DNA of 64,000 bases, from NCBI GenBank assembly GCA_030770535.1, contig JASVEC010000017.1:620001-684000 (forward strand). Reading direction: 5' to 3'. Under the pieces are notes generated by a model that was given only the letters and a program-made list of their open reading frames with translations, did no database searches and had not been told where the DNA came from. Source of the DNA: Batkoa obscura. Taxonomy: Eukaryota. Both the position numbers and the translations under genes were made by a program. Shown here piece by piece: positions 22,630-33,482 of the stretch (positions are counted from its first letter, which is position 1; every line of letters begins with the position of its first letter).

Positions 22630-24054
22630 ATGAATTTTGAAAATGAATATGTGTCTTTCAATGAGAGAGGAAATGAAGAAAGCGAAAGGAAATTAGACTA
22701 TAAGATAATTATATATGGTATTATAGGTAGTTTATCAAGCTTACAGTTTGGGTATCATATTTCGGAATACAACTTACCAGAAAAGGAGTTTTTGGAATGT
22801 GTCGTAAAAAACAACCAGGACCTTTATCCCAATTTGCCAACTTGTATTTTATTAGATAAACATCAATTTTCCTTTTTGACCGGATTATTACCTTTATTTA
22901 GTTTATTTGGTACCTTTTTAGCCCCCATTTTATTATCAAAGTTGAATAGTAAAAGTAGTTTATTACTTAACAACATATTTTTTGTTATCGGTTCTCTGTT
23001 CAATTCATTAAGTTTTAATTACTTTCATTTATTAATTGGTAGAGCTTTATGTGGATTAGGTTCTGGAATAGCAATGGTAGTTGTACCCATCTATTTAGCT
23101 CAAATAGCACCATTAAACTACAAAGGACTTTTAGGTACATTCAATCAGTTGTTCATTGTATTAGGTATTGTTATTACTATGTTAATCGGGTTTTTCTATT
23201 CATGGAGGTTTATATTATTCATTGGAATTATTATACCTTTTATTCAAATTATTTTATTTTCCTATTTCAAATCAAATAGCGATACTGAAAATGAGTATCA
23301 AGTTATCGAAGAAGGAATAGAGCATGAGACTGATGATAATGATAACAACAATAGTGAAAATATCAATAATAGTACAAGTAATGGTAATTCATTTTTTAAA
23401 AATTGTTTATCTATATTTCTAAATAATAAATATAACAAATGCTTATTACTATTATTGTTTTTGCATACTTCGCAACAAATGAGTGGTATAAATTCAATAA
23501 TGTACTTTTCAACTACAATATTGAAAGATTTGAAAGGAGTTGATGCCAAGCTGATTTCATTATTATTAAACTTATTTCAATTAATGATTACGTTGTTTAT
23601 TACAAAAGTTATTGAAGTTAAAGGAAGAAGAGTACTATTTTTGTACTCCTGTTTAACAATGTCTGTAGCATTATTTGGGTTAGCCTTTTCACTGAATTAC
23701 AATTTAATAATATTAGCAACTTTATTCTTATTTCTAAGTATTATCGGATATTCGATTGGGTTAGGTGCTTTACCATTCTTATTAATTGGTGAATTTTTTG
23801 AAGGGGAGTTTTTAACTGTTGCATCCACCTTATCATTAATAACTAACTTGTTGGGCAACTTTTTGATTGCTTCTTTATTTTTACCATTTACTGAGCTTTT
23901 TCCAAAAGACCAAATTGGTTCTCCCTTTTTATTATTCTCCATCTACCTTTTAATAGCAGCCATTATCAGTTATTTTATATTGCCAGAAACTAAGAACAAC
24001 ACAGTTGCACAAAATCAAAACAATCTTTATTTAAATGTGCAAAAGTTATTTTAA
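22630..24054 (+). CDS. MFS sugar porter family transporter
   Basis: SLQFGYH, GRALCGLGSG, P.YL.QIAP...KG, QQMSGINSIMYFS, GRR, LPETK motifs; about 12 TM. Confidence 0.93.
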   Translation: MNFENEYVSFNERGNEESERKLDYKIIIYGIIGSLSSLQFGYHISEYNLPEKEFLECVVKNNQDLYPNLPTCILLDKHQFSFLTGLLPLFSLFGTFLAPILLSKLNSKSSLLLNNIFFVIGSLFNSLSFNYFHLLIGRALCGLGSGIAMVVVPIYLAQIAPLNYKGLLGTFNQLFIVLGIVITMLIGFFYSWRFILFIGIIIPFIQIILFSYFKSNSDTENEYQVIEEGIEHETDDNDNNNSENINNSTSNGNSFFKNCLSIFLNNKYNKCLLLLLFLHTSQQMSGINSIMYFSTTILKDLKGVDAKLISLLLNLFQLMITLFITKVIEVKGRRVLFLYSCLTMSVALFGLAFSLNYNLIILATLFLFLSIIGYSIGLGALPFLLIGEFFEGEFLTVASTLSLITNLLGNFLIASLFLPFTELFPKDQIGSPFLLFSIYLLIAAIISYFILPETKNNTVAQNQNNLYLNVQKLF

Positions 24055-24356
24055 ATAAAAGAAGGTTTATTTTTAATTTACTATTCTCTATCATATATTA
24101 GTAATATTATTTTATACTTTAATTCAAATTGCAATGATTTCATGCTCATTACTTATGTACTTTTTTGCATGAATAGACTCAAGGATAACCAATTAAAGTA
24201 AAGTAAAGTAAACTTAAACTTCAATAAAGCATTAAATTAAAAATTATATAAAATTACAACCTAATTTTATTTTATTAGCAATTTATTATTTGACTATATT
24301 TGTTGTTCAAAAAAAACAAGACCAAACGATCTGATTAATACTAAGGATTAAGTAAG

Positions 24357-26240
24357 ATGACGTTGATCGTAGATTACAAATATTTGGAACCCATATCAAA
24401 AGAAAAAGTCTGTTTCCAATGTCAACAGAGGAAAGTAAAGTGTGATAAAAAGAAACCTCAATGTAGTGCGTGTATTAAAAGAAAACAAGGTTGTACATAT
24501 CCCAAGATCTTCAAGAAGAGTTATGCTAGCTATAAAATAAGCAATTATAGCAATTTTAATAGCAATGACAACGAAGGGTCCATTGAAGCCTTGAGTGGTA
24601 CTGATGTTGAGTCTAGTAGTGTAGTGGCTGAAAGTAGTGATTGTAATAGCATTGTACCAAACAATAATAATAGGTGTGATGGGAGTGTATCAAAAAACAA
24701 GAGTGAACGTAAAAACAGTGAATTATATGACAATGATAGCTGCCTAAATCAAAATAATAACGCAGTAGCATTTAGAAATAAGACACAGTTTCGATTTATG
24801 AATAAAACGATAAGCTATAACCCTAAACAAATTAAAGTGAGTAGCCCTTTGCTTAAAGAGTTATTTTCATGTTCATGGGTGCGATATTTGAATGTCAATA
24901 TTGGGATTAATTATTTATTAAAGAATCAAAAAAAAGTGGAGGTCAATTTGTTTTTAAGCTCAATGTCAATAAAACAAAGTGCAAGTAATATCCAAGAAGA
25001 AAGAATTGATATAAATAATTTGTTCCAAGGTGAGTTGTTTTTTAAAAGTGTTAATTGCTTTTTTGAGCAGTTCAACAAGTATGTGCCTTTTTTTCTAAGT
25101 TATGAGAGTTTTATATCAAAAAAAAGGAGTCCATTATTATTATTTAGTGTGTATGTGGTAGGCCTGATGTATTTAAATGAAAAGGGGATGGTTAAAGAGT
25201 ATGAAGAGCACTTATTTTTTATGTTAAATCCTTTAAATAACAAAATTAGTTTGGATTATATACAGGCACTAATGATTTCATTTTGGGGCTTAAAAGGATT
25301 ATTGATCGCTAGAAATCTCGGTTGGATTTCGGGTTCGTTAATATTAAGTTTATGTTCGATGATTGGAATACAATATAGCAGCAAAGATGAGTCAACAAAC
25401 ATTGAAAAATTTTTATTATATAATAATATTATCTATGAGATCAATATGAAATATTTGTGTTTAAATTATACTTGGGATTATATACCAGTAAATGACAAGT
25501 TTAATAACAGTGTAACAAGGGTATTAAGCAATTTAATTAATAAGAGTCAAGAGGTTTATAATGCAGTATTAGTAGTCAAAAGTATCAATTTATTTAATAA
25601 GTTAATATTGAAGTTGAGAAAAATGGGTAAAATGGATAAGAAGCAACTATTAATGCTACTAAAATTTATTGATATCGAAAGTAATCAAATCTATATCATA
25701 AATGATAAGAGTGATAACAATAGCAACAACAATAACAATAATCAGGATAACAGCCATAGCAATAATAATAAACGTACAATAGATAATAGTGTATTAAATT
25801 ATTTAATAATAGAAAAGAATTTAAGGTATCTAATCATTATTAAAAGGTATTTACAAATTGAATATCCGTTTTATAAAGAAATATATTACAAGAAGAATAC
25901 CAGCCTAACTAAAGAAGAGACTAAACAGATTCAACAAATTCATCAAAAAGAAAAAGAAATCATCACCCATTTAAATCAAATGAACAAACAATTTTTAACT
26001 TCTCTAATTTATTTTAATCAAAGTAGCAACTATATTGATCGCTTAATACCCTTAACCTTTTTTGTTATATTTAATTTAAAATTTTATAGTATTTTAAATT
26101 ACCAGCCAAATAATAACAATTTATTGTTATTAAAGTTTAGTTTTAATTTATTGAATCAATCCAATTTGAATCATCCTTTTTATTCCCGTATCATATTTCA
26201 CTCCTTTATTTTAAATTTAATAAACAAAATGTTAAATTAA
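24357..26240 (+). CDS. Zn(II)2Cys6 transcription factor
   Basis: CFQCQQRKVKCDKKKPQCSACIKRKQGC; FFEQFNKYVPFF middle region. Confidence 0.88.
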   Translation: MTLIVDYKYLEPISKEKVCFQCQQRKVKCDKKKPQCSACIKRKQGCTYPKIFKKSYASYKISNYSNFNSNDNEGSIEALSGTDVESSSVVAESSDCNSIVPNNNNRCDGSVSKNKSERKNSELYDNDSCLNQNNNAVAFRNKTQFRFMNKTISYNPKQIKVSSPLLKELFSCSWVRYLNVNIGINYLLKNQKKVEVNLFLSSMSIKQSASNIQEERIDINNLFQGELFFKSVNCFFEQFNKYVPFFLSYESFISKKRSPLLLFSVYVVGLMYLNEKGMVKEYEEHLFFMLNPLNNKISLDYIQALMISFWGLKGLLIARNLGWISGSLILSLCSMIGIQYSSKDESTNIEKFLLYNNIIYEINMKYLCLNYTWDYIPVNDKFNNSVTRVLSNLINKSQEVYNAVLVVKSINLFNKLILKLRKMGKMDKKQLLMLLKFIDIESNQIYIINDKSDNNSNNNNNNQDNSHSNNNKRTIDNSVLNYLIIEKNLRYLIIIKRYLQIEYPFYKEIYYKKNTSLTKEETKQIQQIHQKEKEIITHLNQMNKQFLTSLIYFNQSSNYIDRLIPLTFFVIFNLKFYSILNYQPNNNNLLLLKFSFNLLNQSNLNHPFYSRIIFHSFILNLINKMLN

Positions 26241-26337
26241 AAATAAATGGTAACAATAAAAATTAATAAGATGTATTTTTAATGCTAATTTTTATATTAT
26301 TTTTGTATTATTACTACTATCTTTTATATGTATTTTA

Positions 26338-27715
26338 TTACTCCACTGTAGATTTACATAATAAAATACCAATGCTGAGTTGGTAATTACAAATAATAGG
26401 TTCCAAAAAGTAGGACACTAGAGCAGCTACAGTGATACCCAAGGTATCCGAAACAGATGCTATACCCATCGAAAATTCAGTTAGATGAGGTTCGAGTTCA
26501 TTATTCAACTTCGTAAAAGCATTGGCATATGTAGCACCTCCAAAGAGGCCTTCAAAAGACATTAAAAAGAAATTGAGGTAAATATTACTTGGAATTTTGT
26601 GCAAAGAGATAAATAAGAGGAACAAAAATGTTAAAAACTGGGCAAAGACTAAATAATATAGTTGGGAGATAGGAAATAAAGTGGAGGAAGAGCGAGATAT
26701 AAATACTCCTAATTGATAAAAGAATTGATAATACACGTAATGATCTCTTAACTTTAAGAAGAACGTTTCTTCCACAGGGAATAATAGGTTTGGTGCTAGC
26801 CCTTGGTTGATAGTGTATTCTAAAAAGAATACGAGGAATAAAGGGATCATATATTCTGGCAATAAATTTAATACGTGCTTTACTTTGTTCTTAAAATCAT
26901 AATGCTCTGCTCTTACGACTGGATTATTGCTAATAGCTTCTTCGTTATTATTTACATCATTACTAATTCCTTGATTATTACTTCCTTCATTGCTATTTAC
27001 ACCGCCAGCAATCAAGGGTTGAAACCCACCATTTCGGTTCATCTCAAAGTTTGCAAATGGGTGAGACAACAATTTAAAATAAGCCAATAATTGCAGCATG
27101 GGCAGAATCGAACATAAACACATAGTAACTTTAGTAGAAAACTGAAACCAGGTAGAAAACGCCAAATAAATAAATGAACCCACTAAACCAGCCGCTCCAG
27201 TGCCTGAAGCCCAATAATGAAATACGTTAGTTTTATAAAACGTTGCCATGGCTAAAAATGTAACTTCGCCTATGTTGGGAATTAATGTGATATTCAAAAA
27301 ATAGCAAAATGATAAACTTAAAACTACCTAATCCGCTACTCGCGCTTGCAAGTATAATACCCAGAAACTGAACCTGCAAATTGGTGGAAAAAGCTACTAG
27401 ATAAAGCGAAAATATAGAGCATAAGATCACAAAGGTGATCCTATAGTGGTAACGTACCTTATACATATATAGAGGGACTGTTAACTTGACTAGAAAGGCT
27501 GGTAAAATATCCGCTATTAAGACACTTGCTTTCGGGAGCTTGTCGCCTACCAGATCTAAGGCAGCGCTCAGAAACACGACATATACAAAGTTGTTGATTA
27601 GACCTAGAGTGATTATAAATTAGCATCAAGAAAAACAAGTGATCCTTGAGTTAAACTAAATACCATTTATAAAAAAGCAAAAATTATCCAATCTAGCTTG
27701 TTTAGTTAAGGGCAT
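26338..27715 (-). CDS. BTN1: Battenin / CLN3 family, complement join(26338..27269,27328..27603,27664..27715)
   Basis: Spliced FFING|LINNFVYVVFLSAA, VLIADILP, SSGLG|EVTFL, WASGTGAAG, EYTINQG, YQLGVFISRSS, EGLFGGATYAN are diagnostic CLN3 motifs. Confidence 0.93.
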
Positions 27716-27860
27716 GATAACTGATATTCAACTATTTTTTTATTATCAAAATAAAAATAAAACTTCCGTTTTTTATATTAAAAAAATGCTTTAAATCAAA
27801 TTAAATGGAATGGTTTTAAATTAAAATAGGTTTATTTATACTTTTCCACCAATTAAATGC

Positions 27861-28799
27861 CTAGAGCTTATTCTTGCATTTTAATCGATGACTAGGGGTT
27901 GTGGAACTAGGATCGCTAGTTTTTGAAGGTGTTTGGGGCCCAGCTGGAGTACTGGCATTAGAAGGAGAAGCTGCAGTGGATTTACCAATGTCATAGTGTG
28001 GATCTGAAGTTGGAGCATTGCCACTAGGCTGAGAAGCTGAAGCACTACCAGACGTAATAGTTCTAGGAACAGGAATTGTAGGTTTAGCAGTAGTCGCCGA
28101 AGTAGAAATGGTAGGTTTAACAGCAGATACCGATGGAATTGATGTTTTAGTTGGTAGTTGAGTAATACTGGTAGGCATCGTAGGTATGGTTGGCTTACTA
28201 CTAGGGCTGGTAGGCTTATTACCACCACTAACATCAGGTAAACTTGAATTTGGATCTTTAGCTCTACCGAACCAAGCCACTGTATAAAAGTTAAAATTGG
28301 CTGTTCCTAAAGCTAACCAAGGTTCTGAGCTCCAAGTACCTTCAGATAAAATAACCTGACGATGTGGAGGAGAGTTTAAAAAGGTGTTGATGATTGATTT
28401 TGCTAATTCTTTAGTTAACTCTTCTTTTCCATCTGAGCTAAAAGCTATCTCGAACCCATCTTCTGTGTATCTACTCAATTGCTTTGGTTTATCCCACATG
28501 CATTCAGGATCTTTATGATCCTCATAATAGCAACAACTGTTGCCTGGTAGGTACCAGGAATGCAAGTTACAGTTGGATCTAGATTCTTGCTTTCGATTGG
28601 CATTTAAATCCTTGACATGTGTGTCAGCTACCTTGGTTAGCTCATTAGAGTATGGAATAGTACTTAATCCACGCTGTTGTCGCACACGGTTTATTTCATG
28701 GTATAATTCAAGATTGAATTGTTGTTGTGTTAAACTGATGTAAAAGGGGGCTATGAAATTTAACAGAAATAAAATTTTGGTACTAGTATAAAGTTTCAT
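27861..28799 (-). CDS. Secreted CAP/SCP protein with Pro/Ser/Thr tail
   Basis: Signal peptide; INRVR...CNLHSW...CCYYEDH...CMWDKPKQLSRY...GFEIA...NSPPHRQVIL; S/T/P tail. Intronless. Confidence 0.9.
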   Translation of the reverse strand: MKLYTSTKILFLLNFIAPFYISLTQQQFNLELYHEINRVRQQRGLSTIPYSNELTKVADTHVKDLNANRKQESRSNCNLHSWYLPGNSCCYYEDHKDPECMWDKPKQLSRYTEDGFEIAFSSDGKEELTKELAKSIINTFLNSPPHRQVILSEGTWSSEPWLALGTANFNFYTVAWFGRAKDPNSSLPDVSGGNKPTSPSSKPTIPTMPTSITQLPTKTSIPSVSAVKPTISTSATTAKPTIPVPRTITSGSASASQPSGNAPTSDPHYDIGKSTAASPSNASTPAGPQTPSKTSDPSSTTPSHRLKCKNKL

Positions 28800-28835
28800 T
28801 GTATTGTGTTGTTTCGCGTTATGTTATAGTATACG

Positions 28836-28865
28836 TTATGTTATGTTATGTTATGTTATGTTATG
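28836..28865. repeat. (TTATG)n microsatellite upstream of the CAP gene
   Basis: About 6 tandem TTATG units. Confidence 0.85.
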
Positions 28866-30019
28866 TATATGGTATATTATAGTATATGGTATATTAGTCT
28901 TAATATATTTAATTTTTTAATAAAATAAAAGTCAAGTAAATTAATGATAAGTTGCTGTTTCATTAATTTTATTTATAATGCCTCATTTTAAGTATTTGTT
29001 AAAGTTACTAGTGTCATATTTATTATACATTATTGCTATTTGCTTCTTGTTATTAATGTACCCTCTGTTTGTACTACCTTTTGGCTCAAATCCTCTTTTA
29101 CTTTGATTTTCAATACTCCGACTCATTTTTTTAGTTAATCGTATTTTATCCGCTCTTTGGTTGATTTAATTAAGTCAAATTTATTTTTTAATTAATTTCC
29201 ACTCGGTTGATATCATCTTGATATTATTTGTATATTATATAATATAAAGATTAAAATTTCAGCTATTATAAAGTAACATTTTACTTTATCACAAGCATGT
29301 GCTGTATATAATTTTTTAAAAACTTTAATTTAATGATAGTATTTTTTTGGTATTATAATTATTGAATTATTTTTTTAAAGTAATTAGTTTTAAAAAGCAA
29401 GTTTATTCAGCATTTAGTTTGATATAGTTATTATTTGAATAAAATATATTAAAAACTTTTATTGCATCTTATTCTTATCTTCAAATATTATATTAATATC
29501 AATTAATAAGATAAATTATTAATGGTTTTTATTCCTTAAACAATTTTATTTTTTAGTATAAATTTAAATTAAAAAATAACTTTTGGACATCCTTTTAACA
29601 ACTTGTTGTTGACAATGAAATAATATTTAGCTAAAAGCTAATCCGCTAGCATCAACTGATTATGCTAGAATAACTAGATAGGGTTAAATTGGGGGCGTTT
29701 GATACTGGAAATTGAGAGAATGCTTATAGAGATTAAATAAATATTAGAACTTTAAATAACTGGTAGTATTACAATAAAATAATAACAATATTGAGTTATA
29801 ATATTCCAGGCTTTTAGGTCATTACTTTCAAAATGAATTTGAATAATTGAAAGCCTGGTTAAAATCATAAGTTTCCAGGTTGAATGAATTGCATGAATTT
29901 AAATTTTTATTGCTAACTTGATTATTCAAAGTGATTACTTTTATTTTACAGTATTAAATAAAATTGAGTACATTTTGAATATTGATTTTTTTATATTTTA
30001 AGTAAATTAAAAAGCATTC

Positions 30020-30116
30020 GGGATGTATTTTTGTGTTTAAGAATTTACTAACAATTTTTCCGCTCAAATAGCGCTTAAAAGATGGAAAAAGTGATGAAAC
30101 TAAAAAAAACACCCCC
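30020..30116. mobile_element. MITE family A copy
   Basis: GGGATGTATTTTTGTG...AAAACACCCCC. Confidence 0.85.
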
Positions 30117-30438
30117 ATTTTTTATATCATAGCCAATATACTAAGAACACAAATTTACTGAAAAAACAAAATCTGAGTTAATGATAAATTAAAGAATGAT
30201 AAATTTAAAGTTAGATACATCATGTATCGAGTTTTTTCCAATGTCGTATTATGCTTAATTTATAGAATTTGCAATAAGTTGATATTAAAAAAAATAACTA
30301 AATAAGCTCTACTGATGTAAAAAATGAGTATTATATAAGTACAAAATAATAAAAACACATTTGGTAATGAAATATCGATAAAAATAGTAACTACTCCTTT
30401 TTTATTTATTTACAATATTAATAATATTCATAAAGCTA

Positions 30439-31798
30439 TTACAAATCCCTTAGATGAAATCTGGGATTAATCCCATGCTTTGTTAAAAAAGTTTGACAAC
30501 TTGTAAACTCAAATGACTTTACATTTTTAAAATGAATTAACATGTAATTAATAAAAACATCGAGATCCGGATATCTAATATATTTGAACTTTACATTAGT
30601 TAAATTAGATCCTCTTAAAGAATTAAGAGTTAAAAACGAGATATCAGCTTCAAATTTACAACCTGTCATTTCAAGATTATGTAAGTTGGGACATGAAGTG
30701 TATAGAAAGTTTAGGAAATCGGCTCCTAAAGTTAAACCTCGAATTATTATTAATAATATATTGCTATTGTTCTTTGGATAGATTCTATTAAACAAAGATA
30801 TTAAATTATTCTTTTCCATGAAACTAAAATGAGTAATTGTAGACATGCCAAATATTGAAAATAAACGTTTAGACAAAACGTTCTTACGAAATCCTAAACT
30901 TATCCGATTTGACTTTGGAAATACTTCATTATTTATATCTATATTAGTTATGTTAACATGGTTTAGTAACAACTTTCTTAAGTTTGACACTCCGATAAAT
31001 TTTAAACTGTGGAAACCTACAATATTAAATGTTTCAAGTTTTGGGTAATTGTTTAAATTTGTACTGATTTCTTTCAGATTTTCTGTGTATATGTATTCAG
31101 GATGGAATTTGATTAAATGAGAAAACTCTTTTTTTAATAAATCAAATTCGTTTAATTTAATATTAGTACAATCCAATTTGAGCTGCTTTAAGCTATCGAG
31201 CTCGCTTAACAAATCCAAGAAAAGGGGGTCTATATTATAAGTATAATGATGGAGTACTAATGAAGTGATGACTGATGGTAGATTCGGTACTATTGGTTTT
31301 GCAAAATATAGGGTTGGGTCTTGAATTTCCAAATGTTTTAGACCTTTAAGTAATCCTTTAACACAAATGTTGCTGCTGGAAAGGTAATTTTCGGTTGTAA
31401 AGATATTAAGTGGATTGGTACAACAAAGGCCTACTAGTTGAAGATTTAAAAAAGGGTTGACATTTTTAAAACACACTCTCAAATATATGTATAATTTGGT
31501 GTCATTTGTATAAAACAATCAATTGATAAGACTGCTGGAGTTCTAAGATCTAAATGTTCAATGTAACGACCATATTTTCTAAAACTTCTAGACATTTCCT
31601 TTTTACAGTTAAAATGATCATAACAATCAAAGTTGATATCCTCCCATAAAATGGGTACTATTACTTTGTTCCATTCTTTACAGCAAGCTAATAAGTTGAT
31701 TTTGTCTCTATCTGTGAGATGGTACAATGTTCCTTTAATTGAATTTCTTTCAAGATTCTCAAATTTAAAGTTCTGTTCATTATTGTTAAAGTGCTTGC
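30439..31798 (-). pseudogene. F-box / LRR-like gene with frameshift
   Basis: F-box-like FENLERNSIKGTLYHLTDRDKINLLACCKEW...PILWEDI and YGRYIEHLDL lie in one frame; LRR-like repeats (YPKLETFNI, CPNLHNLEM) lie in another. The switch is near 31490 with no room for an intron, and there is no in-frame ATG upstream. Confidence 0.65.
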
Positions 31799-31828
31799 AT
31801 TACATTTAAATTATATTGTATATATATA

Positions 31829-31917
31829 TGGATGTCTATTTTGTTTAATAATTTTATTAATAGTTTTTCCACTTAAATAGCACTTGAAAAGAGGAAAAAG
31901 TGACGAAAAACACTCTC
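31829..31917. mobile_element. MITE family A copy, diverged
   Basis: GGGATGTCTATTTTGTTTAA...TTCCACTTAAATAGCACTT...AACACTCTC. Confidence 0.72.
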
Positions 31918-33029
31918 AGTAACTTTTATTAGGAACAAAACTATATTAGGAAAAATTATTGGTTAATGTATCTCATCAAAAATCGAATTGAGCCAATCAG
32001 TTTTAAAGTTAACATCAGGTAAATTCAATTTACCAAACATTGAAAAATCATTTTAATAAAACAATATTTTTGAATAAAAACCTTACTGCAGTTTCTTTAT
32101 TTTATGTTGCTTAAAAATGGACAAATGATGAGACTAAAAAGACATTTCCACCAATGTTTTGTTACATTTTGTTCATTTTCATTTACCATAAAATTTAAAA
32201 ATCCAATTGATCTGGACCAACTTATTTTAACATTTCCTTCCTTTTTACCCCTTTCATCAAGCATTCATCATGCTTATAGAGTTACAAACAATATATACTA
32301 CTTACAATAAGTTGTTACCTGAATAGTTTTATTTCTCCTGCTTCCATCCCGCCTACCCTCTTCTATACCTGAATATGATTACATAAGCATGAATTCTCAG
32401 GAATTAAATATAATCCACTGAAATTGAAAGCTAGCTAATAGGAGTTACATTCCTTCCCTAACCTCTTATAATTTAATCTTCCCTCCTCCACTTTTGTAAT
32501 TTATAACTATCATTTAAACAATTTAATTATAAACTATTTTTATTGTCAGTGTTAACAGCTTAAAAGTTCTGTCTTTTTAAGATTTTCAAAAAAAATCAAA
32601 AGCTTTACTAATTAAATAGTAAAACAAAATAGTACTCCCTTTTAGACAATAAATTTTTATTTATAGTATTCCAACTTGGAAAGTAGTAATTTTCTTTAAA
32701 TTTTTTTTCTCTTGTATCTTGAAAAAGAAAATACTCACAAATATGTTTTTAATTATAGTAATTTTAAACAAAGTTCAAGTGAATGCATTGGATGTTTATG
32801 AAGAAGATAAAGATAAGGTAAATAAGTAAATTTATTTGACAAATGGCGATATCTAATTCAGAAATGCGAGTTTTTTTTCATTTGAATTTATAATTTTTTT
32901 AGTTCATTTAGAAAATCCTAAGTTTAAATTGGATAATTTCAATAAAAAATAAGGTTATAAAAATATTCAAACTTTATTCCCTTTTTGAAATCTTTTTTAA
33001 AATAGTAATAATTCTACAAATAAAGATAT

Positions 33030-33103
33030 GGGGGGTATTTTTTAAGCACTATTTGGGTGGAAAAATCGCTAGTAAAATTTCTTAAACAAAAAAATACATC
33101 CCC
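33030..33103. mobile_element. MITE family A copy with internal deletion
   Basis: ATAT-GGGGGG...CATCCCC-ATAT; lacks about 25 bp of the left arm. Confidence 0.8.
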
Positions 33104-33482
33104 ATATTTAAATTAATTATTCGGTATTAAATCAAATACCAAAAGTAAACGTTATTGAAAATATCTTAAAAATTAAGGTCGAAATTAATCTTTAAAGATT
33201 CATTTCATTTTTTCGCAAGTTACTAAAAATAATAATAATGTAATTTATTTTTAAAACTATCATTATCCTAGTTGAGGCACTCTGTCAATCTATTTATTAA
33301 ACATACGATAAATACAACAAAAATTGTTATAATAACAAGTAGCCATATGACATTTAAATTCATTACAACACTATCAACTAAAATTATTAAAAAGAAAAAA
33401 CTAATAAAAACTAATAAAAATCAATAATTCAATAATAAATATTTTTATTTAAATAACAGGATAAAGGAAGCGAACTAGTTAA

